From assembly GCF_963921235.1 (NCBI RefSeq), contig NC_086097.1:174842001-174906000 (forward strand): a stretch of 64,000 nucleotides of DNA, read 5' to 3'. Origin of the DNA: Mobula hypostoma (lineage: Eukaryota). Positions 24,085 to 37,401 of this stretch are shown here, piece after piece; the stretch's first letter is position 1, and each line of letters starts with the position of its first letter. A model generated the notes under the pieces. The model had not been told where the DNA came from, did not search any database, and worked only from the letters and a program-made list of their open reading frames with translations. The position numbers and the translations under genes are program-made.

Positions 24085-26360
24085 CCTGACGGTTCTGTCT
24101 CAGTCATCTGAAACACCTAGCTGTCAGATGTCGTCCATTTTATCTGCCGAGGAGTTTTCCACCATCATCCTGGTAGTGGTGTACATTCCACCTCAGGTCA
24201 ATGTCAGACAGGCACTGGAGGAGCTAGTCACTGTGATCAGCAGTTACAAAACAGTGCTCCCTGATGCCTTCCCTATCATTACAGGGATTTTAACCAGACC
24301 AGCTTGAAGAAATCTTGAACAACTGCCACCAAAATATCACCTGTAGACACAGGACCCAACACACTTGGCCACTGCTATACCACCATCAAGAGCACTTACC
24401 ATGCTATCCCACACCCCAATTTGGAAAGTTTGATCACTTCTATTCCTGGCGTATCGGCAGAGACTAAAGATTTCAGCACCAGTTGCGAGGAGCAAGAAGA
24501 TATAGTCAAGGGAGATGGAAGGGCCCTTACAGGATTGCTTTGAGTTAGTGGATTGGACAATACTCAGGAGCTCATCTTTGGATCTGAATGAATATGCCAC
24601 AGTTTTCATTGACTTCACCAAGACGAGTGCGTGCCTTCGAAAACATACCAGATAAAATCAAACTAAAAGCCACGGATGAATCAGGAGATTCATAGTCTGC
24701 TGAGGGGTAGATTTGTGGCATTCAAGGTGTCTGATCCAAGAAGTCCAAATGTGACCTATAGAAGGATATTTTAAGAGAAAGAGGAAAAACCATCGAGATT
24801 GAAGTTAGAGACAGACTCGGCTGCACGTCAGCTCTGACAGTGTTTCGAGATGGTTGCTTCCTACATGGCGAAACCTTACATGATGAATGGCTGTGATGCT
24901 TCTCTGCCAGATGAGCTCATGCCTTTTATACATGCTTCGAAAGCTACACCCGTGCGAATCCCTGTAGCATCTGGTGACTGTGCAACCTCTGTCTCGGAGG
25001 TCAATGTCAGAACATCTCTCACGATGGTGAAAGCTGCCAGGTGTCGGGTGGTGTACCTGGTAGGCACTGAAAACCTGTGCCAGCCAACTGGTGGGGGACA
25101 TCTTCAATCTCCCACTGCTGCAGTCAGAGGTTTACCCCTGCTTCAAAGTGGCAGCAATCTTACAGTGCCCAAGAAGAGCAGGATGACCTGCCACGACGAC
25201 TGCCTCCCAGCTGCAGATAAAGTACTTTGAGGTTGGTCATGGCTAGAATCCTCTCCCGCCTCAGCGAGGATCTGGACTTGCTGCAATTTGCCTACTGCCT
25301 CAATAGATGTACAGTGGATGCAGTCTCACTAGCTGTCCGTTTGGCCTTGGATCACCTGGACAATAGCAATATGTACGTCAGCTGCTGTTTATTGATGACA
25401 GCTCAACGTTCAACACAATCATACCCTCAGTACAAATCAACAAGAAGCAAAACCTGGGCCCTTGCATCTTCCTCTCCTTGATGCCTCTTTGGGAGACTAC
25501 AGTTAGTGCAGATCGGAAGTAACATCTCCTCCTCATTGACAGTCAACACTGGTGCACCTCAGGGGTGTGAGCTTGGCTCTACTCTCTACACCTATGACTC
25601 TAGGCACAGCTGAAATGCCAACTATAAATTTGCTGATGCCAAAGCTATTGTTGACAGAATCTCAGATGGTGGCGAGGAGGTAGATCAGCTGGTTGAGTGG
25701 TGTTGAAGGAACCTTGCACTCAGTGTCAGTAAGACCAAGGAATTGATTGTGGACTTCAGGATGGGGAAGTTGAGCGAACACATGCCAGTAATCATCGCGA
25801 GATCAGCAATAGAAAGGGTGAGCAGTTTCAAGTTCCTGAGTGTCTGCATCTCTAACCTGTGTGCAACATATTGATACAATTACAAATAAGACACCACAGT
25901 GGCTAATTTTCGTTCAAAGTTTGAGGAGACTTGGTATGTCACTAAGGTCTCTATATAGGTGTACCACGGAGACCATTCTAACTGGAGGGGCCACTGCACA
26001 GGAAAAAAGCTGCAGAAGTTTGCAAACTTAGTCAGAGGTGGCATTCATCATTAAGGACCCCCATCACCCAGCACATGCGCTCTTCTCATTGCTTCCATTA
26101 AGGAGGCGGAGGAGGCCTGAAGATACACCAGCAACGTTTAGGAACAGCTTCTTCTCCACCACTGTCAGATTTCTGAATGGACAATGAAACCTCATACGCT
26201 AATTCACTATTTTTTTCCTCTTTTTGCACTACTTCTTTAATTTAATGATATATGCTTCTTATTGTAATTTACAGTTATTGTGTATTGCAGTATACTAGTG
26301 CCACAAAATAACATATTTTATGACATATGCTGGTGATTTTTAACCTGATGTTGATTCTTC
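24085..26360 (+). mobile_element. Rex1/Babar-type LINE (endonuclease + RT + 3' UTR), heavily degenerate
   Basis: RCRPFYLP and VYIPPQ (endonuclease), DLLQFAYCLNRCTVDAVSLAVRLALDHLDNSN, GAPQGC, YKFADA; 3' UTR ends acatatgctggtgattttaacctgatgttgattct. Confidence 0.85.
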
Positions 26361-27497
26361 CAAAAATTTTTCAGTCCTTTAGTCACTTCATAAAAAAATC
26401 TAAGGAATTCCAGATGGTTGTAACGTTATGGAAGCTGTGTAGCAGAGCAAGTGATTCACTGAGAAATAATTGCCACAGTACAGAAATAACTGGGTTTGTT
26501 TGGGGAAATTGGTTTGAACCTGTGTGTGGGTGTGTCCACATTTAACCAGTCTGTTCATTTAAAGTGAATAAGCAGGCAGAGTAAGTTACATCTGACTACC
26601 CTTTCACCTGGACTCGCCTATCATTACAAAATAGTTTCTTTTGAGCATAAGGTATTCTAAGCCTGCTGTTGTTTTTCCGATTAGTATAAGATTCCACCTT
26701 CCCTGATCTCCTATTTATGTATGCAATCACCAAAAGGTTTAGGGTGCCAACCAATCATGAATATGTTGCCATGGGATACCTCCTCATTACATTCAGGTTC
26801 AGCAAACAGTTGGGAAGTACTTAGTTGCAAGAGGATTTAAATATTGGTACAGATACCTTGTTTCTGTTATAATGTGAAACTGGAATATTGTATGAAGGTC
26901 TGCATTCTATACTGAAGAATTGATCTACTTGGCATAGAAGGAATGTGGGGAAGGTTCATTAGATTAAGTGCTGGGGTGTTGGTTTGTTGCTTGGTCTTGG
27001 ATGACATTACGAATGTAACGAGAGCCATGTTTTATTTTGCACTTGTACGTATTTCTTATGAATTAAGTTCATAGTTGAAAGTCAGTGCCACTTTTGCAGC
27101 CTTGACGGGGGAGTGTGAATCTGGGATCTGAACCTTGCAATAAAAGTCTTCTGTCTGGCAGACAGTTGAGAATAAATATGTTCATCTAGACACGGTGAGT
27201 CTTTGGAGTGCCATATTATCCGGGAGGTGTATAGGCGTAGTCGCTGAGAACACAAGGAATCTAGTTAAAGTCATGTTTATTGTCATAGGCATATGCAAGT
27301 GTAAATTGATTTGTTATTGTCATATGTACTGAAGTATTGTGAAAAATGTTGTCTTGCATGCCATCCATACAGATCATTTTGTCACATTAGCAATTGAAGT
27401 AGTACCAGGCAAAACGATAACAGAACATAGAATGAAGTGTTACAGTTATAGACAAAGTGCAGTGTAGGCAGATAATAATATGCAAGAACGTAATTAG

Positions 27498-28330
27498 CAC
27501 CACACACAAAATGCTGGAGGAACTCAGCAGACCAGGCAGCATCTATGGAAAAGAAGTACAGTCGACATTTCGGGTCGAAACCCTTCATTAGGACACTGGG
27601 GAAAAGAAAGATGAGAAGTTAGAGCAAGAAGCTGGGGGAAGGGGAGGAAGAAGTACAAGGTGGTAGGTCATAGGTGAAACCGGGAGAGGGGGAGGGATGA
27701 AGTAAAGAGCTGGGAAGCTGATGGGTGAAAGAGATAAAGGGCTGGAGAAGGGGGAATCTGATAGGAGAGGGTAGAACATGGAAGAAAGGGAATGGGAAGG
27801 AGCAACAGTGGGAGGTGATGAGCAGGTAAGGAGATGAGGTGAGAGAGGAGAATGGGAATAGTGAAGGTGGGGGAGGGGCAAGCAATTACTGGAAATTCAA
27901 GAAACCGATGCTCATACCATCAGGTTAGAGGCTACCCAGACGGAATATAAGGTGCTGTTCCTCAACCTGGGAGTGGCCTCATTGCAGCAGTAGAGGAGGC
28001 CATGGAATGACATGTCAGAATGGGAATGGGAAGTGGAATTAAAATGGGGGGCCACTGGGAGATCCTGCTTTTTCTGGCGGATGGAGAGTAAGTGCTCGGT
28101 GAAGCTTTCTCCCAATCCATGTCAGGTTTCACTGATGTACAGGAGGGAACACCAGATACAGTAGATGACACCAACAGACTCACAGGTGAAATGTCGCCTC
28201 ACCTGGAAGGACTGTTTGGGGCCCTGAATAGGAGTGAGGGAGGAAATGTAGGGGCAGGTGTAGTACTTGTTCCACTTGCAAGAATAAATACCAGGAGGGA
28301 GATCAGTGGGCAGAGATGAATAGAGTAGGG
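27498..28330 (-). mobile_element. Penelope-like element, 3' fragment (GIY-YIG C-terminus + 3' terminal repeat)
   Basis: Minus-strand ORFs: PPGIYSCKWNKYYTCPY...GVIYCIWCSLLYISET and EHLLSIRQKKQDLPVAPHFNSTSHSHSDM; homologous to 39100-39900. Confidence 0.88.
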
Positions 28331-31300
28331 CGTCACCACTAAGCCTCCTCCTGGTACTTATCCTTATGAGCAGAACTCGTTTAACAGCAGGATAGATGCT
28401 GTCGTTGCGCCTGATGTAACATCTTTTCGGGCTTTTATACCTTCTGCCCAATGGGAGTGTGGATCAGTGCAAATGTCTCAGGTGGGAGGAGTCCTTGATT
28501 TTATTGGCTGACTTCCCAAAACAGCATGAAGTCCAGACAGAATGAAAAGTTTACTTGCAGTAGCATCACAGGCTTATGCCATTAGAGACATTGCATTCAC
28601 AAGAAGGGCACAAATTAATTGTAACTTGTGCCAGAGGTATGTATTTACTGCCTGACGGTGATGCTACAACAGAATATCAGCATTGATTTTGTAGAATGGC
28701 AGAAACAGACATAAGGGGCAAATGGCCTGCTTCTGATCTGTTATGTTCTGAAGGGAGAATGAGGATCTGTTATTGCATTTAGTTGAGGAACAACAATAAG
28801 AGGCAGAGTGGAGTCAAAACACCAGTATGGACTGGCTGGGCCAAATGGCCCATTTCTACAATGCATATCTATCACTTTCCAAAGGATTCACTGAATTCAC
28901 CATCCAGAAGACCAAAATATATGAAGAGAATGATAGCATGAATGTTGAGAATTTTCTATCAAGACCATGTTGGGACCGGAATTCAGCCATCAGCCCGTAA
29001 CCTCTTCTCTGACGTTCGATCATGACTGATTTATTTTTCCTCTCAACCCCATTCTCCTGCCTTCTCCCTGTAACTTATGACATACTTGCTAATCAAGAAT
29101 CTATCAAACTCCACTTTGGCCTCCACAGCCACCCGTGGCAATGAATTCTACAGATTTATCATCCTCTGGAACAGAAGTTCCTCCTCATTTCTGTTCCAAA
29201 GGTACATTCTTCTATTCTGAGGCTGTACCTCTGTTCTTAGACTTTCACTATTGGGATTATCCTCTCCATTAGGTGGGAGTATCTCAAACAATAGTTACCC
29301 TGGAGGTACAAGAGACTCCAGATGCTGAAATTTGGAGCAATACACGAGATGTTGGAGGAACTCAGTGGGCAAGGCAATACCTATCCAGATGAAGAATCTT
29401 AACCTGAAATGTTGACCCATTTCAGATGTTACCAGACTTAGTTAGAAAGTTAGGAGGGTGGTCATTTAAAACTGAGAAGCATAGAGGCTGGTAAATCTCT
29501 GGAATTCTCTGCCCTGGAATGTTGTGGAGACTAGAACAGGGAAAACCTAGATCAATGTTGCAAGAATGAGAGAATTAAGGACGATGTGGAACAGGTACAG
29601 AGGCGGAGGTGAGGCCTAGCGAAGGTCAGCTTTAGCAGGAAGGGTTGGAGAGACTATCCCTGCTGCTGTGTCATAGAGTCATAGAGCTCTACAGCACAGA
29701 AGCAGGTCCTTCAGCCCATCTAACCTTATCTCCTGTCTGGTACCTGGACCATACCCTCCAAATCCCTGTGATCCATGTTTCAGTCTGTGCCACCTTGGTC
29801 TTCTGCCTAGTTCCATATAGCTGCACCTAGACCACAGCCCTCCCGTTAATATACTTAATCAGACTTCTCTTAAATATTACAATTAAACCCACATCTGCCA
29901 CTTCCACTGGCAGCTCATTCCACCCTCACACCATCTTCTAAGTGAAGAAGCCGCCCCTCAGATTCCGCTTGAATATTTCATCTTTCACTCTAAACTTATG
30001 ATCTGTCCCTGACTGAAGGAAAGCAACTGTATCGTTTACCCTATCTGTACCCCTCAAAACTTTGTATACTTCTATAAGATCTTCTCTCATTCTCCTGTGC
30101 TCCAGGGATCAAAGTCCTAACCTATTTAGGCTTCCCCTATAACTTGGGTCCTCAAGTCCTGGCAACATCCTTGTCAATTTTCTCTGTCTTGTTAATATCT
30201 TTCCTGTAGGTAGGTGACCGGAAGTGTGCACATCCATCAAACTCAACCCCAAGATCGTCGTGTACACCTTTTGTACTCAATGATGGCCAATGTGTCTAAA
30301 AGCTCTCTTTACAACCCCGTAATATCTACTTGTGATAACACTTTCAAGAAGTTGTCAATCTGTATTCCCAGGTCCTTTTGTTACAATTGTTTACTTCGGT
30401 CTTTATGTACACATGACTATTCCAAAGTTCTGCAGGAGCCTTCAAATTCAAAGTTGAAAAGTTCGAAGTAGATTTATTATCAAAGTATACATACACTATG
30501 TCACCACATACAACCCTGAGATTAGTTTTCTTGTAGGCATACTCAATAAATCCAATATTTCATAACAGAATCAACTGGGTCTACAACCAGTGTGCAAAAG
30601 ACTATAAACTCTGCAAATACAAAAAGAAAAATAATAATAATAAATAAACAATAAATATTGAAAACAGGAGATGGAAGAACTCTTGAAAGTGAGTCCATAG
30701 GTTGTGAGAACATTTCAGTGATGGGGCAAGTGAAACTGAGTGAAGTCATCCCCTCTGGTTCAGGAACCTGATGGTTGAGGGGTAGTACCTGTTCCAGAAC
30801 CTGGTGGTGAATCCTGAGGCTCCTGTACCACCTTCCTGATGGCAGCAGCAAGAAGTGAGCATAGCCTGGGCGGTGAAGGCTGCCGATTTGCTGCATTTCC
30901 TGTGGATGTGTTCAATGGTGGGGAGGGCTTCACCTGTGATGATCTGGGCTGTATCCAGTACTTTTTGTAGGATTTTCTATTCAGGGGCGTTGATGTTTGC
31001 ATATCAGCCTGTGATGCAGCCAGTCAGGATGCTGTCCACCACGCACCTATTCAGGCACTGTAGCACACCTGCTTCACATCTTCAGAAATTCCAGACTAAC
31101 CCTGTTCTCCAGTGCTGCCTGTCTGGAGTTTTCACGTTCTTCCTGTGACGTACGTGGGCTCCCTGCAGGTGCTCCACTTTCCTCCCACATCTTAAACTGT
31201 GCAGGTTGGTGAGTTAATTGTCTTTCGTAAGTTGCTCTTCATGTGCAGGTAAGAAGTATAATCTGGGAATGAGGGAGGAATTGAGAGAAAAGTAGGGAAG

Positions 31301-32659
31301 TGGATTTCAAGGAAAAAAAATTGTGAGGAACAGGAGTGGCATGGACTCACTGACTGAATTTCTGCTTCTTAATCATAGTGAATGGTTTTGTCTCAGAGGT
31401 GAGCCTTGCATGAAGTCCACATCCTGGAGTATCTAACTCATGCGGGGAAGTCAGGTTATTAGTCAAAGACGCAAGCGATTCTGCAAATACTGGAAATCTT
31501 GAGCAACACCCACAAGATGCTGGAGGAACTCAGAAGTTCAAGCAGCATCTATGGAGGGGAATAAACAGTCAGTGTTTAAGCCAGAGGCCCTAACTTGAAA
31601 TAACAGCTGTTCATCTCTCTCCAGAGATGCTGCCTGATCTGCTTGAGTTATTCCATCATTTTGTGCATGTAACACTGTATCTGGGATTTCACTGAAAGGA
31701 AGAAACACTTGCATTTCTATAGCATCTTTCACATTATTACAAAATGCTTTACAGCTGTTGGATTCTGATGCTTTTAATCCAGGGTTTGTTTCAAAGTCAG
31801 GAAAGAGGCACAAGACTTGTTGCTTCATGATCGTTTTACTAAGCTTTAATAGAATGAAGAAAATTGAAAAATGGATAATGGATAATGATACAGGTCTATT
31901 AAGTGAAGGGAGAGAGAAAATGAAAGATATCATAACCTCATGGTCAACTCTTTTTATACTCCATAGCTAAGAAATATTCAATTCAAATTTGAAGATAATA
32001 ATTAACCAATCAGATTCAAATAATACAACACTGGAGAAGCTTCCAGAGCTTTCCAAAATACAAAGAACTGTAACCATTAGGGGACACACTGAACAACGAC
32101 AGATACATATTGTGACCACTAGGAAACACACTAAACAATTACATGTATATAAGTGGTTATGTAAAATACAAACAGACTATTAATTGTTAAGATGCAAAGA
32201 AAATAACAAGTAAGCAGTCTAATCCAATAACTCCTCATTGATTCTAAATCACACATTTAGAATCACTACATCTGAAAATTCAGAGGCAGAAAGCTTGTGG
32301 TATCCTTAATAGGTGTAAAATAATCGAAAGCTTCTTAAATTAAGACCAGAGGCTATATATTCTTCATGGCATTCATAGGGTTATGTAACGGTTAGGCTGA
32401 TTATTAGACACACTTACCTGAGTTTGAACTATTCTATTAATGCTCACTCTTATACAAGTAAAAAAATGTAAAATATGTTAAAGTATATTAGTACTCATTT
32501 TAAGTAGGCAAGAATTGGCAAAAAAATAACAACTAATATTAGAATAAACATAATATCCAATCGTTGTTGATTTGTTCAAAGTCTTCTGGCTGTTTAGGCA
32601 CTGTGTGAGAGGTTGCTAGCACGTTAACCACAGCATTTGTTATCCTCATCTGGTTCCAC

Positions 32660-33205
32660 TTTAGCTCGCTTGCAGTGACTGATGTGCATCCACTTATTTT
32701 TGCTTTCTACTTTGACAGCCAGGTTACTTAAGGGATTATGTCCTTCCCATCGAGCTCCCATTGGTTCCTTATACAGTGCTTAATCACCATTCACCAGGAA
32801 TCAGGTCCTTCTGTTGGATCATGTCAAGTAGCAGAACCTGTTGAGAAGCAGACTGGACAGCTTGAGTTAATTTCACAGAATAGTTAACTAAACTATTTGC
32901 CGTAATGTGTACATCAGCCTCTCTGAGATTCATGGCTCGCAATGTTAACATCTCGAATGGATTTAGTTTCGTTTTCTTGTTTAAGGTTGCTCTGCTGCTA
33001 CATAAGGCCTTGGGAAGAGCCGTAGGCCATGGTACACTTTCCTCATAATACTTAGTCATTGCTTGATGTCACATTCATTCATTCAACTTGTCCTGATGAC
33101 TCTGGGTGATGTGGACGATGAAATAAACATTCAATGTTCATTAGTCTACTTAATTCCTGTCAAAGCTCCCAGTGAAATGTATTCCTTGGTCAGAGTTGAT
33201 ATGAC
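32660..33205 (-). mobile_element. Endogenous retrovirus integrase remnant (class I, gamma/epsilon-like)
   Basis: Minus-strand translation across frameshifts: INSDQGIHFTG...FHRPHHPESSGQVE*MN...WPTALPKALCSSRAT...LNPFEML...PGEW...RWEG...AVKVESKNKWMHISHCKRA. Confidence 0.82.
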
Positions 33206-33499
33206 ACAGCCAGATGAAGACTTTTGAAGCATTGCTCATGGTGCAAGGAGCTCAACAGTCAATTTCCCCACAGTTATCTCTTCCAGCATTGTGACATAGC
33301 AGAGAATTCGTTTTATTGAGACACATGCAACAGATGCTGGAACCTGGAGCAGCAAACAGCCTCCAGCAGGTCGAGCAGCATTTGTAGAGGGGAAAGGAAC
33401 CGTCAATCAGTGTAACTGATTGAAGGATCAACCAAGACACGAGAGAGAGCTCCTAGTCAGAACAGTGGGATGGTTTGTACCCACCTGAGATGTCAGAAA

Positions 33500-33625
33500 A
33501 AATCAGTACCCTTGAAAATGCAGCAGTCCTACAGTCTAGCACTGGACTTGTCAGCCTGTGCTCAAGATGGGACTTGAACCCACAGCCATCTAACTTGGAT
33601 GCCAGTTTGGTACCAATTGAGCAAC
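33500..33625 (-). mobile_element. Ancient DeuSINE-like (SacSINE1/AmnSINE-related) head fragment; related pieces near 5630-5690, 19290-19380, 43975-44035 and 45340-45410
   Basis: tgcagcagtcctacagtctagcactgg...gtcagcc...tgtgctcaag..gggacttgaacccaca is the reverse complement of a tRNA B-box (GGGTTCAAGTCCC) followed by a Deu-like segment. Family assignment from memory. Confidence 0.5.
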
Positions 33626-34614
33626 AGATGAGATGTCGGCAGAGTATACAGTCACTATTTTATGAGCCTAGTTATTCATAAGATGAACAAAATGGTGTAT
33701 TAACATGTTAACTACATTCTCAATTCTCAGTTGGGAGGTTATGTGAATCACAGTGTGCTGTAACTGGGGCACATACATTCTATTACAAACATACTTAATC
33801 TTAGAACATAGAATGAACAGTACAGCACAGAAACAGTTTCCTGGGCCCACGATATATGTGCTGACCATGGCACCCAATTAAATCTCTTCTGCCTGCCCAT
33901 ATCCTTCCATTCCCTGCCTGTTCATGTGCCTCTTAATCACCACTATCATATCTGCTTCCACCACCATATCTCGCAGCTCATTCAGGAACTCACCCCTCTG
34001 TGTAATGAAAACTTGCCCCCACATCTCCTCTCCTCTTAAATGCATGTCCTAGCATTTGACATTTTTACCCTGGAGAAAAGATACCGGCTGTCTATGCCTC
34101 TCATAATTTTATAATCCTCACTCAGATCTTCCTTCAGTCTCTGATACTCCAGAGAAAACAACCTAAGTTTGTCCAACCTCTCTTCTTTAGTTAGTATTCC
34201 CTCATTCTGGCAGCATCCCCATGAACCGCTTTGACACCTTCTCCAGAGCCCCCGCATCCTTCCCGCAATGGGGTGACCAGAAATTGTGTGATACTCCAGA
34301 GAGCCAATGAAAGCAGTGGTTATGCTCAGGGAATGGAGTGATGTGGAGGACAGGGACATTGGGAAGGGGAGGGAGATGTGGTTGGGAAGCTAACTGTGTT
34401 TAGTACTCCTGTATCCCATGTGTACTGCTGTTGGAAAAAACCATGAAGTGCAATTACATTTTAAAACACTTCTTTAAAAATTTTAATGCATAAAGACATA
34501 TTTATTGAATGTTTTCACCTGACAAAAAGAGTTTTTAATTTGCTGACAGACTTTTGATAGTGTCATTGTGTTTTCTTGCTCGTAATCCCACAATTTTTGT
34601 TTCCTCTGCCACAG

Positions 34615-34786
34615 AAATATACACACGTCCGATTATTATGTCAAGAAAGTCTAACACCTTATTACAAGAGCAAGCTATGGTGGTGTGGAATCTTCCTGAT
34701 GGGATTGGGTGAACTGGGGAACTTTGCTGCCTATGGTTTTGCACCGGCTACTCTGGTTGCTCCTTTGGGATGCGTGTCCGTTATCG
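34615..34786 (+). CDS. NIPAL2: NIPAL2 coding exon (172 nt, phase 0-1): [57 protein letters not shown]
   Basis: Acceptor ttcctctgccacag, donor G|gtaagg. Contains the NIPA signature [21 protein letters not shown], which is NIPAL2-type rather than the NIPAL3 'GVFASYAFAPLSL'. Confidence 0.95.
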
Positions 34787-35424
34787 GTAAGGATGACCTG
34801 CTGTCTGAGGAACGACCAGGGCAGGGGAATCAGGAGCTATAGAGTAGGAACTGAAGGGCATCCTTGTAAAACCATGAGAGGCATAGACAGGTAAATACAC
34901 ACAGTTATAGAAAATACAGAACATTACAGCACAGTACAGGCCCTTCAGCCCATGGTGTTGTGCCAACCTTCTAACCTACTCTAAGATCAGTCTAACCTTT
35001 CCCGCCCACAGAGACCTTGATTTTCTATCTAAGAATGTCTTAGATATCTCTAATGTATATGCCTCTACCACCAACCCTAGCAGTGCATTCCACGCACCGT
35101 GTTTAAAAAATATCATACCTCTGGCATTGCTCTTATACTTTACTCCAATCTCCTTAAAATTATGTCCCCTCGTATCAGTCTTTACAACCCTGGGGAAAAG
35201 ATGCTAGCTATCCACTCACTATATCTCTTCTCATTTTATACACCTCCATCAAGTCACCTCTCATCCTCCTTCACTCCAAACAGAAAAGCTAGAGAATATT
35301 CTCATTAATTATTTAATTTAAAACACACTGGATTTAGAAAGCTGGCCTCAGGAAAAGAATGATTGGATAGTCATCAAGAATAGCTGTGGTTCACTAAGAC
35401 CCTAACATTTTCCAGGAAGAAGTA

Positions 35425-35740
35425 GGACACAGTGGTACAGTTAGTAGAGCCTCTTCCTCACAGCTTGAGTGACCGAGGTTCGACTCCAGCCTCCGGTGCT
35501 GTGTGTGTGTGGAGTTTACATGACAGTGTGGGTTTCCTCGGGGTGCTCTCATTTCCTCACATGAAGGTTGGTTAGTTATTTGGCTACTGTACTTATCACT
35601 TGAGTGAAGGTGAGTGGTAGAATCTGGGGAGAGTGAGGGGAGAATAAAATGGGATTAATGACTGATTAGTGTAAATGAGTGATTGATGTTCAGCACGGAC
35701 ACAGTGGGTTGAAGGGCCTGTTTTTACGCTGTATGACCAT
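35425..35740 (+). mobile_element. tRNA-derived V-SINE (HE1-like); other copies at ~10370-10560(-), 31080-31330, 44555-44780, 46393-46580, 47885-48030(-), 62355-62660
   Basis: A box tggtacagttag, B box ggttcgactcc, central gtgggtttcctcggggtgctc..tttcctc V-domain, and CR1-like tail gggttgaagggcctgtttttacgctgta. Confidence 0.78.
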
Positions 35741-37365
35741 AGCAGTGAATATACCTGGTGTCCAAAGAGTGCAGGCACAGGTGCTGATGAGACCAAAACA
35801 GATGGACTGGGAGTCATACCATGCGGATGGATTTTAATTGCCCCCAACAACCTTCTGCAAGGCGACAACTGCCCCAAAGGCCTTCCTCTCCCCTCTTCAA
35901 GATGCCAATGTGGTAGGTCAGATTAAAAGTAAAAGCTTGCACTTAATGCACGCAAAATGTCCCAACCTTGGAATATTTGTAATCCTAAATTGACTTTGCC
36001 AGTTAAAGACACATGAAACCGAGACCTTGTGGGTGAAAAAGACCCCATTGTGAGATTTCACAGCAGTGTTCCTCCCTGTATTCTGGGAGTACTTTATTCT
36101 GTTGGACACTAAACTGCTAGTGGTGGCATTTTGGAGATTGTCAAAGGCATGGAACTGAATCACCCCCACCCCACTTCCCTCACACAGATAGGCCCCTGCT
36201 GGCTATTTACAAACTGGGATTGAAGCATGGCGCAGCTCTAGTGAAGGTAACTCCGCCCCAGGTAGTCTGCGTGGCCCCCAGAGCATTCAAACCATGGTTT
36301 TAATCAGTCCATTGCTTAAAAGACTGTTCCTAACCACTTATCCAAATTAAATTGAAAAACAGTTTCCTTCGATAAGTTGCTATGGTGATGAAGAATTTAG
36401 GAGATGAAGCCTGCATTTATACAGCAATGCCACATCATAGACTCCCTAATCTACATTGAAATTTTAATATTTATGTTATTTTTAGGTTTAGATTATCCAG
36501 GCGAGTTGGGAATGAGGTTGGGGATATTTTAGAGATTGTTACTAACTTTCAGCGAAATGGGAGAGCCTTCAGAGAGAGGGATGACACCTGGAAAGGAAGA
36601 TGCCTTTGCATTGTACTGTACATTTCATGGTCTAAAGATGCTTCAAGATGATTTGGCTGATAAAGTTGTTTCAAAACAATGAAACAATAGACTTCTCTTG
36701 GTCCCTATCCTGTCACAGACTGTTCTCTTTACCATCCCTCTTCTCCTCTAGTTTGACTAGGTGAGGGGTCTCAGTCTGAAAGATTGACTGTTTATTCCCC
36801 TTCATAGATGCTGCCTGACTTGCTGAGTTCCTCCAGTATTTTCTGTATGTTGCTCAAGATTTGTGGCTACCACATAATCTCTTGTTTTCATGTTTGACTT
36901 CAAATTTTTGCAAAAGCTATTGACCCGAAGTATTAATACTGTTTCTTTCTCCAAACATGCTGCCTGGCCAGCTTTTTCTGTTTTGTTTAGGTTGTTTGGA
37001 AGTATTTCACAATGTGCAATGTCGGGTGTGGTCTGCAGATAAAGGATATGGTGCAGGAGCAGGGATTGGCCATTTAGATCCTGGTTCCTGCTAGGCCTTT
37101 CAATAAGGTGGGAGTGGTTCAAGCTAATATGGGAATGGTTTAAACTAATATGGCAGGGGAATAGTTCACAAGAGGCAGGATAAATATGTCCCACAGAGGA
37201 AGTAGTTTTCAAATGGCAGGATTGGTATCCATGGCTGACAAGGGAAGTTAAGGATTGCATAAAAGACAGAGAGGGCATGTAAGGTAGCAAAAGTGAGTGG
37301 GAGCTACACACATCAAAGTTGCTGGTGAACGCAGCAGGCCAGGCAGCATCTATGGGAAGAGGTGC

Positions 37366-37401
37366 AGTCGACGTTTCAGGCCGAGACCCTTCGTCAGGAC
37401 T
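37366..37401 (-). ncRNA. Minimal type I hammerhead ribozyme motif in the PLE terminal repeat (intact core)
   Basis: Minus strand reads AGUC-CUGACGA-A-GGGU(CUCG)GCCU-GAAACGUC-GACU: helix I AGUC/GACU, CUGANGA and GAAA core, palindromic ACGU helix III, GUC cleavage triplet. Confidence 0.75.

Noticed and set aside
35425..35495. tRNA gene (A and B boxes)
   Set aside because: It continues into a V-SINE body and LINE-like tail with no cloverleaf; it is a SINE head.
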